Shown in pieces: positions 29,639 through 39,514 of a stretch of 64,000 nt of DNA. A program made the position numbers and the translations under genes. Where the stretch lies: assembly GCA_964472785.1 (NCBI GenBank), contig CAYYMH010000008.1, positions 16,612-80,611 of the forward strand, in the 5' to 3' direction. The DNA is from an uncultured Cytophagia bacterium (GTDB taxonomy: Bacteria > Zhuqueibacterota > Zhuqueibacteria > Thermofontimicrobiales > Thermofontimicrobiaceae). The first letter of the stretch is position 1; each line of letters starts with the position of its first letter. A model generated the notes under the pieces. It did not search any database and was not told where the DNA came from. It saw nothing but the letters and a program-made list of their open reading frames with translations.

Positions 29639-29652
29639 CCCCCCCCCCCCCC
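29639..29652. repeat. Homopolymeric poly-C tract (14 nt)
   Basis: Read directly: C14 embedded in roughly 25%-GC non-coding DNA, 250 nt upstream of the peptidase gene. Confidence 0.9.
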
Positions 29653-29902
29653 GAGTAACATACTACGAGAAAAATAAAATTATAAGTTAAAGCCCAAATT
29701 GCAAGCAGTACAATAAATGTTGTTTGTGGTTTGGGCTTTTTTTTCGATAAGATAATCAGAATTATTTCAATCAAGCTAATTATTTTTAGTAAGCACTGAT
29801 TTTTTCGTTGTCGGAAGCACCAGCAGTCTTTTATAATTATACTAATTAAAAATTCATATCAAGATATTTTTAAAAAAATTTACTCAAAAGAGGAGAAAAA
29901 CA

Positions 29903-32062
29903 ATGAAAAAATTAATTATATTTAAATTAGCTACAGTACTAATTATTACTTTTTTTGCAACAAATGTAACTTTTTCTAATATTGAATTGCTGCCTACTGA
30001 TGAAGCAAAAACTTGTGCGTTACAAAATGCGAAAGTAATCTGGGGTAACCATGTTCAAATCAATAATGGAGTCACATTTACGAATTTGGAAAATGAACCA
30101 ACAGCCTATATGTTTGCAATCTATAAGAAAAAAGGTGATTTCCCCTCCGAACAAGAAATAAATCTACAAATAGAACAAGGTCGCAATTTGCGAATTGAAG
30201 GAGAAAGAATTCTGGAAATTTCACAGAAGGCAAATGATTGGAAAAAAGTTGAAGAGGCATACGAGATTATTGATAAAGGCTGGAAGCAAATGTTGGAGGA
30301 AGTTAACTTTGGTACAGTAGTTGTGAGTGACATAAGTGGTGTGTGTAAACCAGTAGAAATGTATGATGGTCTTCCCTTGAATTATGTAACAATGATAGAT
30401 GGCTTTGACCTGGCATCTGAAAAGCTTAACAAAAAGAATATACAATTTTCTCGATTTTTGTTTAATGGTTTATTTGAATATTTCGCTGAATTTACAAATT
30501 CAAGGGAAAATGTGTATATAAATATGAAATTATTAGAAGTGTGTGAAACAAATCCAACCCACCAGGATTTTGATCTTAAGGATCGTTTGAAAAATAAGGA
30601 GAGCAATGTATTAGATATTCAAAATACCACAAAATCATTAAAAAAGACAACCATTGCGCCTTACGAAACCAAGCTTTCCGGAGTTCCTGACTATCAAAGT
30701 TATTGTAGTATGTGCGCCGAACATGCTGCAGGTAATATTTTAGGGTATCATGATCATAGGGGATATCCACTCTTGGTAGAAGGAGGGACCAAATGGACGA
30801 AGGGTAAAATAGATCCCGATGGTTATGGATATCTGCATTTATGTAGAGATGAATTAACCGAAACGATGAACTTTTTGGGATGTGGCATTGGCACCTATAT
30901 TTATATGATAGATAATGGTATAAGGATATTATGCAATGATCCAACTTGGAATAGAAATTATAACTTTCAGTCTGTAGACAGAGGTTGGCATACACCAGAA
31001 GCGGATTATAGCTTTGTCCAAAGCGAAATCAATGCTTATAGACCGATGGTTTATACATTGAAGTACCATTTGTGGGGTGGAGGAAGCGGGTATCATTCAG
31101 TAACGCTTATCGGGCATGGAGCGACTTATATAGATTATTATTATGTTTGTCATGATGTTAATCCCACAACAGGTACAGACATTCGTCTCTTTTGGGAAGA
31201 ATTTATGTCCAATGGTCGCATTCATACAGTAGTACCTGGCAAATCATCTTATGCAAATAGCATCAATGTTTCATCACCGGTTTTGGAAAATATCAAAGCA
31301 AGTTATTACAAAAATAAGATTGATTCACTCGTGAAAATAATTGACAATAATACAAAGCTTCTATTTGTTAAAAGTGATTCCGTAGATGTTGATGGTACCT
31401 CGAACTGTTGGATATATTGCTATACTTCTATCGACTCGCCAAAATACTATTATTGCCATGCAGATTTAGATTCGGCGTCTTTTGATAGTATTTCGTACAA
31501 TATTTTAACAGGCATAGGATGGATATCAAAAAGTTGGATTGATAGTGATTCCGCTATGTTTTTAGCAGAATTGCAGGGTGGAAGCGAGTTCAGGGAGCAA
31601 AATCCTAATTATCGAATCAAAGCTAGTTTAGGGCAATCTCTTGTTCCTCCTCCTTCTCCCCCTGAATGGTCTATAACATATATTTCTAATGAGAATCCGA
31701 ATAATAAAAAGCTAATAATAATCGATGCTACTTATTCACCTACAAATATTCCTAATTTCAAAGATAATACAATTTCATCGGAAGGTTATGTATTAGATCA
31801 AAATTATCCCAATCCTTTTAACTCTCAAACAACGATTAAATATCAACTTAAGAAACCGTCAAATATAATAATAAGGATTTACAATCTCATTGGTGAAGAG
31901 ATAAAAATGTTAGTAAATAAAAAACAATCATCAGGAAATTATCAGGTTATGTGGGATGGTTGTAATTCTGCTGGTTCACCTGTCAGCAGTGGGATATACC
32001 TATATGAGATGTTTGTTGATAATAAATTTGTAAAATCCAGGAAAATGTTATTATTACAATAG
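29903..32062 (+). CDS. Secreted putative cysteine peptidase of the C10 (streptopain/PrtT-like) family with T9SS C-terminal sorting domain
   Basis: Signal peptide. CAEHAAGNILGYH..YP aligns residue-for-residue in spacing with streptopain C-VATATAQIMKYHNYP around the catalytic Cys. GYHSVTLIGHG resembles the GGHAFVIDG His region. The C-terminus is a T9SS CTD (YPNPFNSQTTIKY...IYNLIGEE...). The gene is about 30% GC. Confidence 0.45.
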   Translation: MKKLIIFKLATVLIITFFATNVTFSNIELLPTDEAKTCALQNAKVIWGNHVQINNGVTFTNLENEPTAYMFAIYKKKGDFPSEQEINLQIEQGRNLRIEGERILEISQKANDWKKVEEAYEIIDKGWKQMLEEVNFGTVVVSDISGVCKPVEMYDGLPLNYVTMIDGFDLASEKLNKKNIQFSRFLFNGLFEYFAEFTNSRENVYINMKLLEVCETNPTHQDFDLKDRLKNKESNVLDIQNTTKSLKKTTIAPYETKLSGVPDYQSYCSMCAEHAAGNILGYHDHRGYPLLVEGGTKWTKGKIDPDGYGYLHLCRDELTETMNFLGCGIGTYIYMIDNGIRILCNDPTWNRNYNFQSVDRGWHTPEADYSFVQSEINAYRPMVYTLKYHLWGGGSGYHSVTLIGHGATYIDYYYVCHDVNPTTGTDIRLFWEEFMSNGRIHTVVPGKSSYANSINVSSPVLENIKASYYKNKIDSLVKIIDNNTKLLFVKSDSVDVDGTSNCWIYCYTSIDSPKYYYCHADLDSASFDSISYNILTGIGWISKSWIDSDSAMFLAELQGGSEFREQNPNYRIKASLGQSLVPPPSPPEWSITYISNENPNNKKLIIIDATYSPTNIPNFKDNTISSEGYVLDQNYPNPFNSQTTIKYQLKKPSNIIIRIYNLIGEEIKMLVNKKQSSGNYQVMWDGCNSAGSPVSSGIYLYEMFVDNKFVKSRKMLLLQ

Positions 32063-32181
32063 TTGCCGAACACTTTTTAATAATTGGATTTATTGCTACA
32101 GATATTCATAGACAAAAACGGATTTTAAAATATTTAATATCCTCTCAATATTCTATGGTAATGAAAAGTTCAAGCAGACAA

Positions 32182-32259
32182 TGTCATTCCTGCGAATGCA
32201 GGAATCTCCTGTGTACAAAGGAGATTCCTGATCTACGCTTCGCTCCGTCAGGAATGACA
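32182..32259 (+). other. Nested inverted-repeat RNA/DNA structure downstream of the peptidase gene
   Basis: The inner perfect 12-bp hairpin CAGGAATCTCCT-gtgtacaa-AGGAGATTCCTG (32199-32230) is enclosed by the outer arms TGTCATTCCTG (32182-32192) and CAGGAATGACA (32249-32259). The heptamer CAGGAAT/ATTCCTG recurs, which allows alternative pairings. Confidence 0.35.
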
Positions 32260-32603
32260 GCGCTTTGTTACCCTTATCTATTGAGTGGATACAATATTTA
32301 TTATACAAAGTTCTTCAAAACAAAGAAATATCCGTGAAAATCCATATTAATCCGTGGCAAGAAAAAAGTGTCCGATAGAGATTTTTACAATGATTTTTGT
32401 TATTTATTCAAAAAATAACTTTAGAAACGTACGTCTCACACATACTACACTTACCACAGCCAAATATTTTTCCAATTTTATTCACATTTAATAAAAAATT
32501 ACTTGATTATTACTCACAATTTTACTATCTTCATTGATTTGTAAATTATAGTAATACGATAAAAATACATTGAGAATATAATAAGTTAGGGAGAGTGAGA
32601 AAA

Positions 32604-33029
32604 GTGAAAACATTCACACCAAAAGCAAAAGACGTCGACCGCAAGTGGTATGTCATTGATGCGAACAATCAGATATTAGGTCGGTTGGCTTCAAAAGTTG
32701 CGCATATTTTAAGAGGAAAACATAAGCCGACTTTTGCGCCTCATGTCGATACCGGCGATCATGTGATTATTATTAACGCGGATAAAATTCGTGTCACAGG
32801 TCGAAAAGCACAGCAAAAAAAGTACAAACGATATTCTGGTTACCCGGGCGGACTTAGGGAAACCACGTATGATGACATGATGGCTCAATATCCTGAGCGC
32901 GTTTTACACCATGCGATCAAAGGAATGTTGCCCAAAAACCGGTTGGGTCGGAAAATGATCAAAAAAGTTAAAATTTACGCCGGTGAAAGTCATCCGCACC
33001 ATTCACAGAGTCCGCAACCTTTGGCGTAA
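32604..33029 (+). CDS. rplM: 50S ribosomal protein L13
   Basis: [20 protein letters not shown]... GTG start with an AGGGAGAG RBS. Confidence 0.9.
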   Translation: MKTFTPKAKDVDRKWYVIDANNQILGRLASKVAHILRGKHKPTFAPHVDTGDHVIIINADKIRVTGRKAQQKKYKRYSGYPGGLRETTYDDMMAQYPERVLHHAIKGMLPKNRLGRKMIKKVKIYAGESHPHHSQSPQPLA

Positions 33030-33110
33030 CCTGTACGTTGAAAGTGGGATAGTATTGATAATTAAAGAAAGCATTATTTCACAAAATTGATGTATTAACA
33101 GAGGTAGTCT

Positions 33111-33503
33111 ATGAAAGCAGCAGAATATTTGGCAACCGGGCGAAGAAAAGAATCTATCGCACGCGTTAGAATGAAATCCGGTTCAGGCAAAGTTGAAGTG
33201 AACCATAAATCACTTATCGATTATTTTAAAAGAGAAACCTTGAGAATGATTATTGAGCAGCCATTGGAGAAAACCGAGACCATCGAGCAGTTTGATATTG
33301 TTGCCGATGTGCAAGGTGGCGGCTTATCCGGTCAGGCAGGTGCGCTGCAATTGGGCATTGCACGCGCTTTGTTGAAATTTAATGAAGAATTAAAACCGAT
33401 TCTTCGTTCTAACGGATATTTAACTCGTGATCCGCGAGAGAAAGAACGTAAGAAATACGGACGAGCTGGCGCGCGCAAACGTTTTCAATTTTCTAAACGA
33501 TAA
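33111..33503 (+). CDS. rpsI: 30S ribosomal protein S9
   Basis: [19 protein letters not shown]...[11 protein letters not shown]-terminus. Confidence 0.9.
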   Translation: MKAAEYLATGRRKESIARVRMKSGSGKVEVNHKSLIDYFKRETLRMIIEQPLEKTETIEQFDIVADVQGGGLSGQAGALQLGIARALLKFNEELKPILRSNGYLTRDPREKERKKYGRAGARKRFQFSKR

Positions 33504-33621
33504 ATTTTATTTTATTATTACACAACACACACTTCTTTATCACGTCCGGGGTGCCGTATCACAGCGGTTTGGACGTATCTTAACAGAAGTGGAGGATTAA
33601 CCCAAAAACAGGAGAAATCGG

Positions 33622-34374
33622 ATGAATATCACGTTGCAAGATTTGTTAGTAGCCGGGACGCATTTTGGGCATTTGAAAAGGCGCTGGAATCCCAAAATGA
33701 AGCCCTATATTTTTATGGAAAAAAACGGTATTTATATTATCGATATCAAAAAGACCGTAAAGTTACTCGAAGAAGCCTGTAAAGAAGCAGCAAACATTAT
33801 CAAATCTGGTGAGAAATTTCTATTTATCGGTACTAAAAAACAGGCAAAGGAAATTATCAGAATTGAAGCCGAACGGTGTAATCAGTTTTATGTTAACGAA
33901 CGCTGGTTAGGTGGCACAATGACCAACTTCATTACGATCAAAAAAAGTGTTAAGCGACTGAAAAATTTGGAAAAAATGGCGACCGACGGAACGTATGATA
34001 AATTGGTGAAAAAGGAAATTTTACAGATTGAACGAGAAAAGGAAAAGTTGGAAAAAATATTAGGTGGAATCAAAGATATGAACAAATTACCGGGTGCTAT
34101 TTTTGTCGTGGACGTTAAAAAAGAGGCAATCGCAGTAGCCGAAGCAAACCGGCTCAATATTCCGGTTTTCGGCGTTATCGATACAAACTCGGATCCTGAC
34201 CCGATTGATTTTCCGATCCCAGCCAATGACGATGCTTTTAAATCGATTAATGTGATCACTCATGCCATCGCAGACGCGATAATCGAAGCAAGTCAAACCC
34301 AAATATCTGAAGAGAAAGAAGAGGAAGGTATCGAGGAAAAGAAAGCTTTGGAAGAAGAAACTGAAGCGGAATAA
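33622..34374 (+). CDS. rpsB: 30S ribosomal protein S2
   Basis: LLVAGTHFGHLKRRWNPKM...; acidic C-terminal tail. Confidence 0.9.
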   Translation: MNITLQDLLVAGTHFGHLKRRWNPKMKPYIFMEKNGIYIIDIKKTVKLLEEACKEAANIIKSGEKFLFIGTKKQAKEIIRIEAERCNQFYVNERWLGGTMTNFITIKKSVKRLKNLEKMATDGTYDKLVKKEILQIEREKEKLEKILGGIKDMNKLPGAIFVVDVKKEAIAVAEANRLNIPVFGVIDTNSDPDPIDFPIPANDDAFKSINVITHAIADAIIEASQTQISEEKEEEGIEEKKALEEETEAE

Positions 34375-34395
34375 TTTATCGAAGAGGAGATAAAG

Positions 34396-34989
34396 ATGGC
34401 TATTACAGCTGATGATGTGAAAAAATTACGCGAAACCACCGGCGCCGGTATTATGGATTGTAAAAACGCGCTAAAAGAAACAGATGGGGATTTAGATAAA
34501 GCAGTTGAATATTTACGCAAAAAAGGTATTGCCAAAGCAGAGAAAAAAGCCGGCCGTGAAACCAAAGATGGTCTGATTGACAGTTATATCCATCCCGGTA
34601 GCAAACTGGGTGTTTTAGTCGAAGTCAATTGTGAAACCGACTTCGTTGCCAAAACAGATGATTTTAAAAAATTCGTGCGTGACATCGCTATGCAGATTGC
34701 AGCAGCAAGTCCCATGGTCGTTAGTCGCGAAGATTTACCCCAGGACGTTATTGATAAAGAGATGAAAATTTATAAAACCCAGGCACAGGAGTCCAAAAAA
34801 CCGGAAAACATCGCCGAAAAAATTGCTATGGGCAAAATGGAAAAATTTTACAAAGAAGTTTGTCTGATGGAACAGGGCTTTGTCAAAGATCCGGAAAAAA
34901 GTGTTGAACAATATTTGAAAGAAACAATCGGCAAAATTGGTGAAAACATTTCTGTGCGACGTTTTGTTCGCTTTCAGCTTGGTGAATAA
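34396..34989 (+). CDS. tsf: Elongation factor Ts (short form)
   Basis: [19 protein letters not shown]... Confidence 0.9.
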   Translation: MAITADDVKKLRETTGAGIMDCKNALKETDGDLDKAVEYLRKKGIAKAEKKAGRETKDGLIDSYIHPGSKLGVLVEVNCETDFVAKTDDFKKFVRDIAMQIAAASPMVVSREDLPQDVIDKEMKIYKTQAQESKKPENIAEKIAMGKMEKFYKEVCLMEQGFVKDPEKSVEQYLKETIGKIGENISVRRFVRFQLGE

Positions 34990-35009
34990 TTCAGGAGAAT
35001 TCGTCTTAC

Positions 35010-35729
35010 ATGTCAAAACCAATTTATAAGCGGATTCTTCTGAAGCTCAGCGGTGAAGCCCTGATGGGACAACAGGGGTTGGGCATTGATCCCGAAGTTG
35101 TCAAAGAGATCGCACTCTCTTTAAAAGAAGTCAAAGAAATGGGTGTTGAAATTGGGGTTGTCATCGGTGGCGGAAATATCTTTCGCGGATTGTCAGCAAG
35201 CGCGAGAGGAATGGATCGGGTGTCGGCGGATTATATGGGGATGTTAGCTACAGTGATCAATGCGATGGCGCTGGAAGATTATCTCGAGCGGAATGACGTC
35301 AGTACCCGTGTACTGACTGCAATCAAAATGGAACAATTAGCCGAACCGTTTGTACGTCGGCGGGCGATCAATCATCTTGACAGAGGACGCGTTGTTATTT
35401 TTGCTGGAGGCACCGGCAATCCATATTTTACCACCGATACGGCAGCCGCGTTGAGAGCTATCGAAATTGACGCAGACGCGATTCTGAAAGGGACAAAAGT
35501 AGATGGTGTTTACGATTCGGATCCGAAAGTGAACCCGGAAGCGAAAATGTTTAGCCAAGTGAGTTATCTCGATGTGGTAAAAAAACGCTTAAAAGTGATG
35601 GACTCAACCGCTGTGACCTTGTGTATGGAAAATAGTTTACCCATCATTGTATTTAATTTGAGAAAGAAAGAAAATCTAAAAAAAATCATGTTAGGTAAAT
35701 CTATCGGAACAAAAGTAAGCGAGGCTTAG
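35010..35729 (+). CDS. pyrH: UMP kinase
   Basis: [13 protein letters not shown]..., GGGNIFRG. Confidence 0.9.
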   Translation: MSKPIYKRILLKLSGEALMGQQGLGIDPEVVKEIALSLKEVKEMGVEIGVVIGGGNIFRGLSASARGMDRVSADYMGMLATVINAMALEDYLERNDVSTRVLTAIKMEQLAEPFVRRRAINHLDRGRVVIFAGGTGNPYFTTDTAAALRAIEIDADAILKGTKVDGVYDSDPKVNPEAKMFSQVSYLDVVKKRLKVMDSTAVTLCMENSLPIIVFNLRKKENLKKIMLGKSIGTKVSEA

Positions 35730-35731
35730 TT

Positions 35732-36289
35732 ATGATGAACGAAATTTATAATAGCGCAAAATCAAAAATGGAAAAAGCCATCGAAAGCTTAAAAAGCGAT
35801 CTGAACACAATCAGAACCGGCAAAGCGTCAGCTTCCATTCTGGACGGTATCAAGGTAAATTATTATGGATCAATTGTGCCTCTCAAGCAAGCAGCGAATA
35901 TTTCTGTTCCCGAAGTTCGTTTAATCACTGTTCAGCCATGGGATAAAACCATGATCAGCGAAATTGAAAAAGCCATTATGAAGTCTGATTTAGGATTAAC
36001 GCCAATCAATGACGGTCATATTATCCGGTTGCCAATACCAACTCTGACTGAAGATCGCCGAAAAGATCTGGTTAAACAAACGAAGCGCATCGGTGAAGAA
36101 ATAAAAGTCTCCATCCGCAACACACGCAGGGACGCGAATGATAAACTTAAAAAAGCAGAAAAAGACAGCGATATATCGGAAGACGAATCTCACCGGGGAC
36201 AGGATAATATCCAGGAATTAACGGATGATTACATCAAAAAGATCGACCAAATCCTGGAGGCAAAAGAAAAAGAAATTATGGAAATTTAA
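35732..36289 (+). CDS. frr: Ribosome recycling factor
   Basis: 185 aa, IRTGKAS...; its start overlaps the pyrH stop. Confidence 0.9.
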   Translation: MMNEIYNSAKSKMEKAIESLKSDLNTIRTGKASASILDGIKVNYYGSIVPLKQAANISVPEVRLITVQPWDKTMISEIEKAIMKSDLGLTPINDGHIIRLPIPTLTEDRRKDLVKQTKRIGEEIKVSIRNTRRDANDKLKKAEKDSDISEDESHRGQDNIQELTDDYIKKIDQILEAKEKEIMEI

Positions 36290-36463
36290 TTTTTTTAACC
36301 CGCAATATGCCTTATAGTTTTAAATTAAGCGTCCTGCAAAACCGGATGAATTATTCAATAGATTTAAGAAATGAATGTCAATAATTCAGGTTAAATTTAC
36401 CAATAGAGCAGCAATTCCAAAGAACGATTGCGGATAAAGTTTTCACTAGCAATTTATTTAAAA

Positions 36464-36491
36464 AAGATGGGTTCAATACCCATCTTTTTTT
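36464..36491 (+). terminator. Intrinsic terminator of the rpsB-tsf-pyrH-frr operon
   Basis: AAGATGGGT-tcaat-ACCCATCTT followed by T7. Confidence 0.6.
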
Positions 36492-36546
36492 ATGGCATTT
36501 AAAGTATCATATTAGAAATTCAGATTTTAAAAAGGGACTATTTCAC

Positions 36547-37104
36547 ATGGCAAATGATTTTCTCCAGCTTGTAAAATCGCGAAGAAGCATTCGCAAATAT
36601 CAGGAACGGGAAGTTGAACGCGATAAACTATTAAAATGTATCGAAGCAGCGAGGTTAGCACCTTCAGCAGAAAATGTTCAGCCATGGCGCTTTATTGTCA
36701 TCGACGATCGGGATAAAATTGCAGCGTTTTCAAAAAAAGCGTTTAACGGTATCTACTTTCCAATGCGCTTTGCGGCTAAAGCACCAATCATTATTGTAAT
36801 GTTAGCCAAATTAGATATTTTAGCCAATCGGATTGGCAAGCAAATTCAGGATATTCATTATTATTTTATAGATTGTGGAATCGCAGGAGAGCATCTGGTG
36901 CTACAGGCACATGAGTTAGGACTTGGGACATGCTGGATCGGGTGGTTCAATGCGCGTCAGGTGAGAAATTTTTTGAACATCCCAAAATCATACAAAATCG
37001 TATCTTTAATCAGTATGGGTTACCCGGAAATTGAAAAAGACGATGTTGCCAAGCGTCTCTCTATCGATGAAATTTTGTGGTTCAATAAATTCGGCAATGA
37101 ATAA
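36547..37104 (+). CDS. Nitroreductase-family protein
   Basis: LVKSRRSIRKY...LAPSAENVQPWRFIVI motif. Confidence 0.75.
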   Translation: MANDFLQLVKSRRSIRKYQEREVERDKLLKCIEAARLAPSAENVQPWRFIVIDDRDKIAAFSKKAFNGIYFPMRFAAKAPIIIVMLAKLDILANRIGKQIQDIHYYFIDCGIAGEHLVLQAHELGLGTCWIGWFNARQVRNFLNIPKSYKIVSLISMGYPEIEKDDVAKRLSIDEILWFNKFGNE

Positions 37105-37141
37105 AAAACCTCAAATTTACCAGTAGTTAAAAATCATAACG

Positions 37142-37837
37142 ATGAAAATAGACAAACCATTAACATCCGGTACCCTGCTTAAAAGATATAAACGGTTTTT
37201 GGCGGATATCCGGCTCGAAAATGGTGAAATCATTACCACCCACTGCCCGAATTCAGGCAGCATGCTTTCCTGCAATGTCCCCGGAAGCCCGGTTCTGCTT
37301 TCCTATCATGACAATCCGAAAAGAAAATACCAATATACCTGGGAAATGGTTAAGGTGGATTCAATTTGGGTTGGCATAAACACGATGGTTCCGAACAAAC
37401 TCGTAGCCCAATCTATCCAGGCGGGGCTGATTCCGGAATTAACAGGATATGACCAAATACACACTGAGATCAAAGTAAGCGACCACAGCCGGTTGGATTT
37501 GATGCTTGAGAACAAAATGGGGAAATGTTTTGTTGAAGTTAAAAATGTTACGCTGGTTCAAGATGGAGTTGCCCTTTTCCCCGACGCAGTGACCAGTCGC
37601 GGAACAAAACATTTAAATGAATTAATCGAATTGAAACGAAAAGAACATCGCGCAGTCAGCTTTTTCCTGATTCAGCGGAGCGACGGGAATTCCTTTTCTC
37701 CGGCTAATATAATCGATCCCGCTTACGGTTCTGCGCTCAGACAAGCTTATCGCGCCGGCGTGGAAATTTTAGCCTACAGAGCAAAAGTCACTCCCAAAGA
37801 AATTACCATTGACCGTAGATTGGATGTCAAATTATAA
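37142..37837 (+). CDS. sfsA: Sugar fermentation stimulation protein A homologue (SfsA, nuclease fold)
   Basis: LLKRYKRFLADI...THCPNSGSM...KRKYQYTWEMV aligns closely with E. coli SfsA. Confidence 0.85.
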   Translation: MKIDKPLTSGTLLKRYKRFLADIRLENGEIITTHCPNSGSMLSCNVPGSPVLLSYHDNPKRKYQYTWEMVKVDSIWVGINTMVPNKLVAQSIQAGLIPELTGYDQIHTEIKVSDHSRLDLMLENKMGKCFVEVKNVTLVQDGVALFPDAVTSRGTKHLNELIELKRKEHRAVSFFLIQRSDGNSFSPANIIDPAYGSALRQAYRAGVEILAYRAKVTPKEITIDRRLDVKL

Positions 37838-37920
37838 AAAAACGGACTGAGCTGAATAAAATTATCTTAAAGCTCAATCCGCATTAGGGGAGAGATGATC
37901 GTAAATAGGGACGCTAACAT

Positions 37921-39111
37921 CTAATAACCAAAAACATAGCTTTGACGGTATCCGACAACGCCAACCTCTTCATCACAGCGGCCAAAATCCCTCCAGCGTC
38001 TAATTTTGCTCACGATGCACCTGATCATTTGTGTGTTTTCAATTGTGGAATTCACAATTTGAACACCGTCCACATGTCCTTTTGGATTGACTAATATTCT
38101 GACTTCAAGTTTCCCTTTTAAATCAGGTTCTTTTTTAATTGCTTGTTTATAACAATCCTGAATCGCTCTTTTATGTGATAATAGAATTTTGGTAACATAC
38201 TCCGTCGTCCGGATAGCTTTCCGTTTTATTTGATCCGGTAGTAACGATTCTTCCTGGACGTCGAGCGCGACGTTTTTTTTTGCTTCTTCCAGTTTCCGTG
38301 CCTGCAAAGGCGTTAAGGAAGCCAGCTCTTCTTCCAGTGAAGCCGTTGTTTTTGAACCCTTTAAATTTCCTGAATATACAGTACCACCGCCTGAAACATA
38401 GGCATTATTGTGACCGAAATTTTGAAAGCCAGCTAATTTAATATCCTTGGATGAATTTTTGAGCATCTCTTTAGCATATTCGTCATGAGTAAAAATATCG
38501 CTGATTTCCTGTTCGAATTCTGATTCTGATCCATTACCCACATATCCAAGAACGCCTCTTTGATTCACTTCACGAGTACGCGCACTTACGAAAAGATCAT
38601 CGTGTTCGACTCGGCTGACCTGTCGATCTTCCAAATTCTGAACACCGTAGTCTGATAGTGCAGGAACATTGACAACCGATGATTGATCGGACGTTATTCC
38701 TTCAGAAATATCCACTTCACTCACACCACCGCCGCCTGTTGATTCTCCATAAGCTAAAACGTCTTCCGGCATGTCCAAACTGGCATCACTTTTTTCTCCC
38801 TCAAACGGGGATACGACTTTTTCAACATCCTTTTCTAATAATAAATTCGCGTACCTTTTCTGTATCTTTTCGATATTAACCTGATCGGTCCTTTCTTTAA
38901 TTATTCTCATTAAAAAAATTATGACGGCAATTTCCAAAATACAGGTGATTAAAAGTATAATCGAAAAACGTAAATCCCACTGCTGCCGCCAGCTTCTTTT
39001 AAACTGTTTGGGGAATTTTAAGTTGTCTGGTGTTGGGTGGCGATAAGGCGATTCATCCGCAACAAAATCGGGTTCTTTTAATTTAATTTTATCTTTGATT
39101 TTTGTAATCAT
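37921..39111 (-). CDS. Membrane-anchored hypothetical protein with a TonB/AgmX-PglI-like C-terminal domain
   Basis: One TM (SIILLITCILEIAVIIFLMRII), an acidic, low-complexity middle, and a C-terminal ~80 aa (QDCYKQAIKKEPDLKGKLEVRILVNPKGHVDGVQIV...) reminiscent of TonB_C/AgmX-type domains. ATG at 39111; the tracked start at 39159 is TTG. Confidence 0.35.
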   Translation of the reverse strand: MITKIKDKIKLKEPDFVADESPYRHPTPDNLKFPKQFKRSWRQQWDLRFSIILLITCILEIAVIIFLMRIIKERTDQVNIEKIQKRYANLLLEKDVEKVVSPFEGEKSDASLDMPEDVLAYGESTGGGGVSEVDISEGITSDQSSVVNVPALSDYGVQNLEDRQVSRVEHDDLFVSARTREVNQRGVLGYVGNGSESEFEQEISDIFTHDEYAKEMLKNSSKDIKLAGFQNFGHNNAYVSGGGTVYSGNLKGSKTTASLEEELASLTPLQARKLEEAKKNVALDVQEESLLPDQIKRKAIRTTEYVTKILLSHKRAIQDCYKQAIKKEPDLKGKLEVRILVNPKGHVDGVQIVNSTIENTQMIRCIVSKIRRWRDFGRCDEEVGVVGYRQSYVFGY

Positions 39112-39514
39112 GATATTAAATTTGGGAATAGGTGAATATTGACTGAAAATACCAACCAAAACAGCAGTAGCGAAACGTACAGGATGGCGCTATGGTGTTA
39201 ATTTTCTAGATGATATTGCCTATTAATGAATAAATTATCAACAAAAAATATGCCAGTTAATGATTATTTTTTATAGTTTTGATATAACATTTTATTTTTA
39301 AACAGTTATTTGCTATCTAACCCTCTGTTTAATTACAATATTGAAATCAATTTTGTATTACATGGGTACATTGCTACCTTTTTTGTCTCAAAATGTAACA
39401 AAAATCTGAGAGTTAATTTATAAAAAACCATTTCAAATTAATGAACTATTATGAAAAACGTGCATATAAATAAAACATTCAAATCTATACTTTTACTTTA
39501 TTTGAGGAGACAAA

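Noticed and set aside
30078-30995. Series of minus-strand ORFs (60-139 aa) inside the peptidase gene
   Set aside because: Artefacts of the ~30% GC content (rare stop codons on the antisense strand). The plus-strand ORF has a signal peptide, catalytic motifs and CTD.
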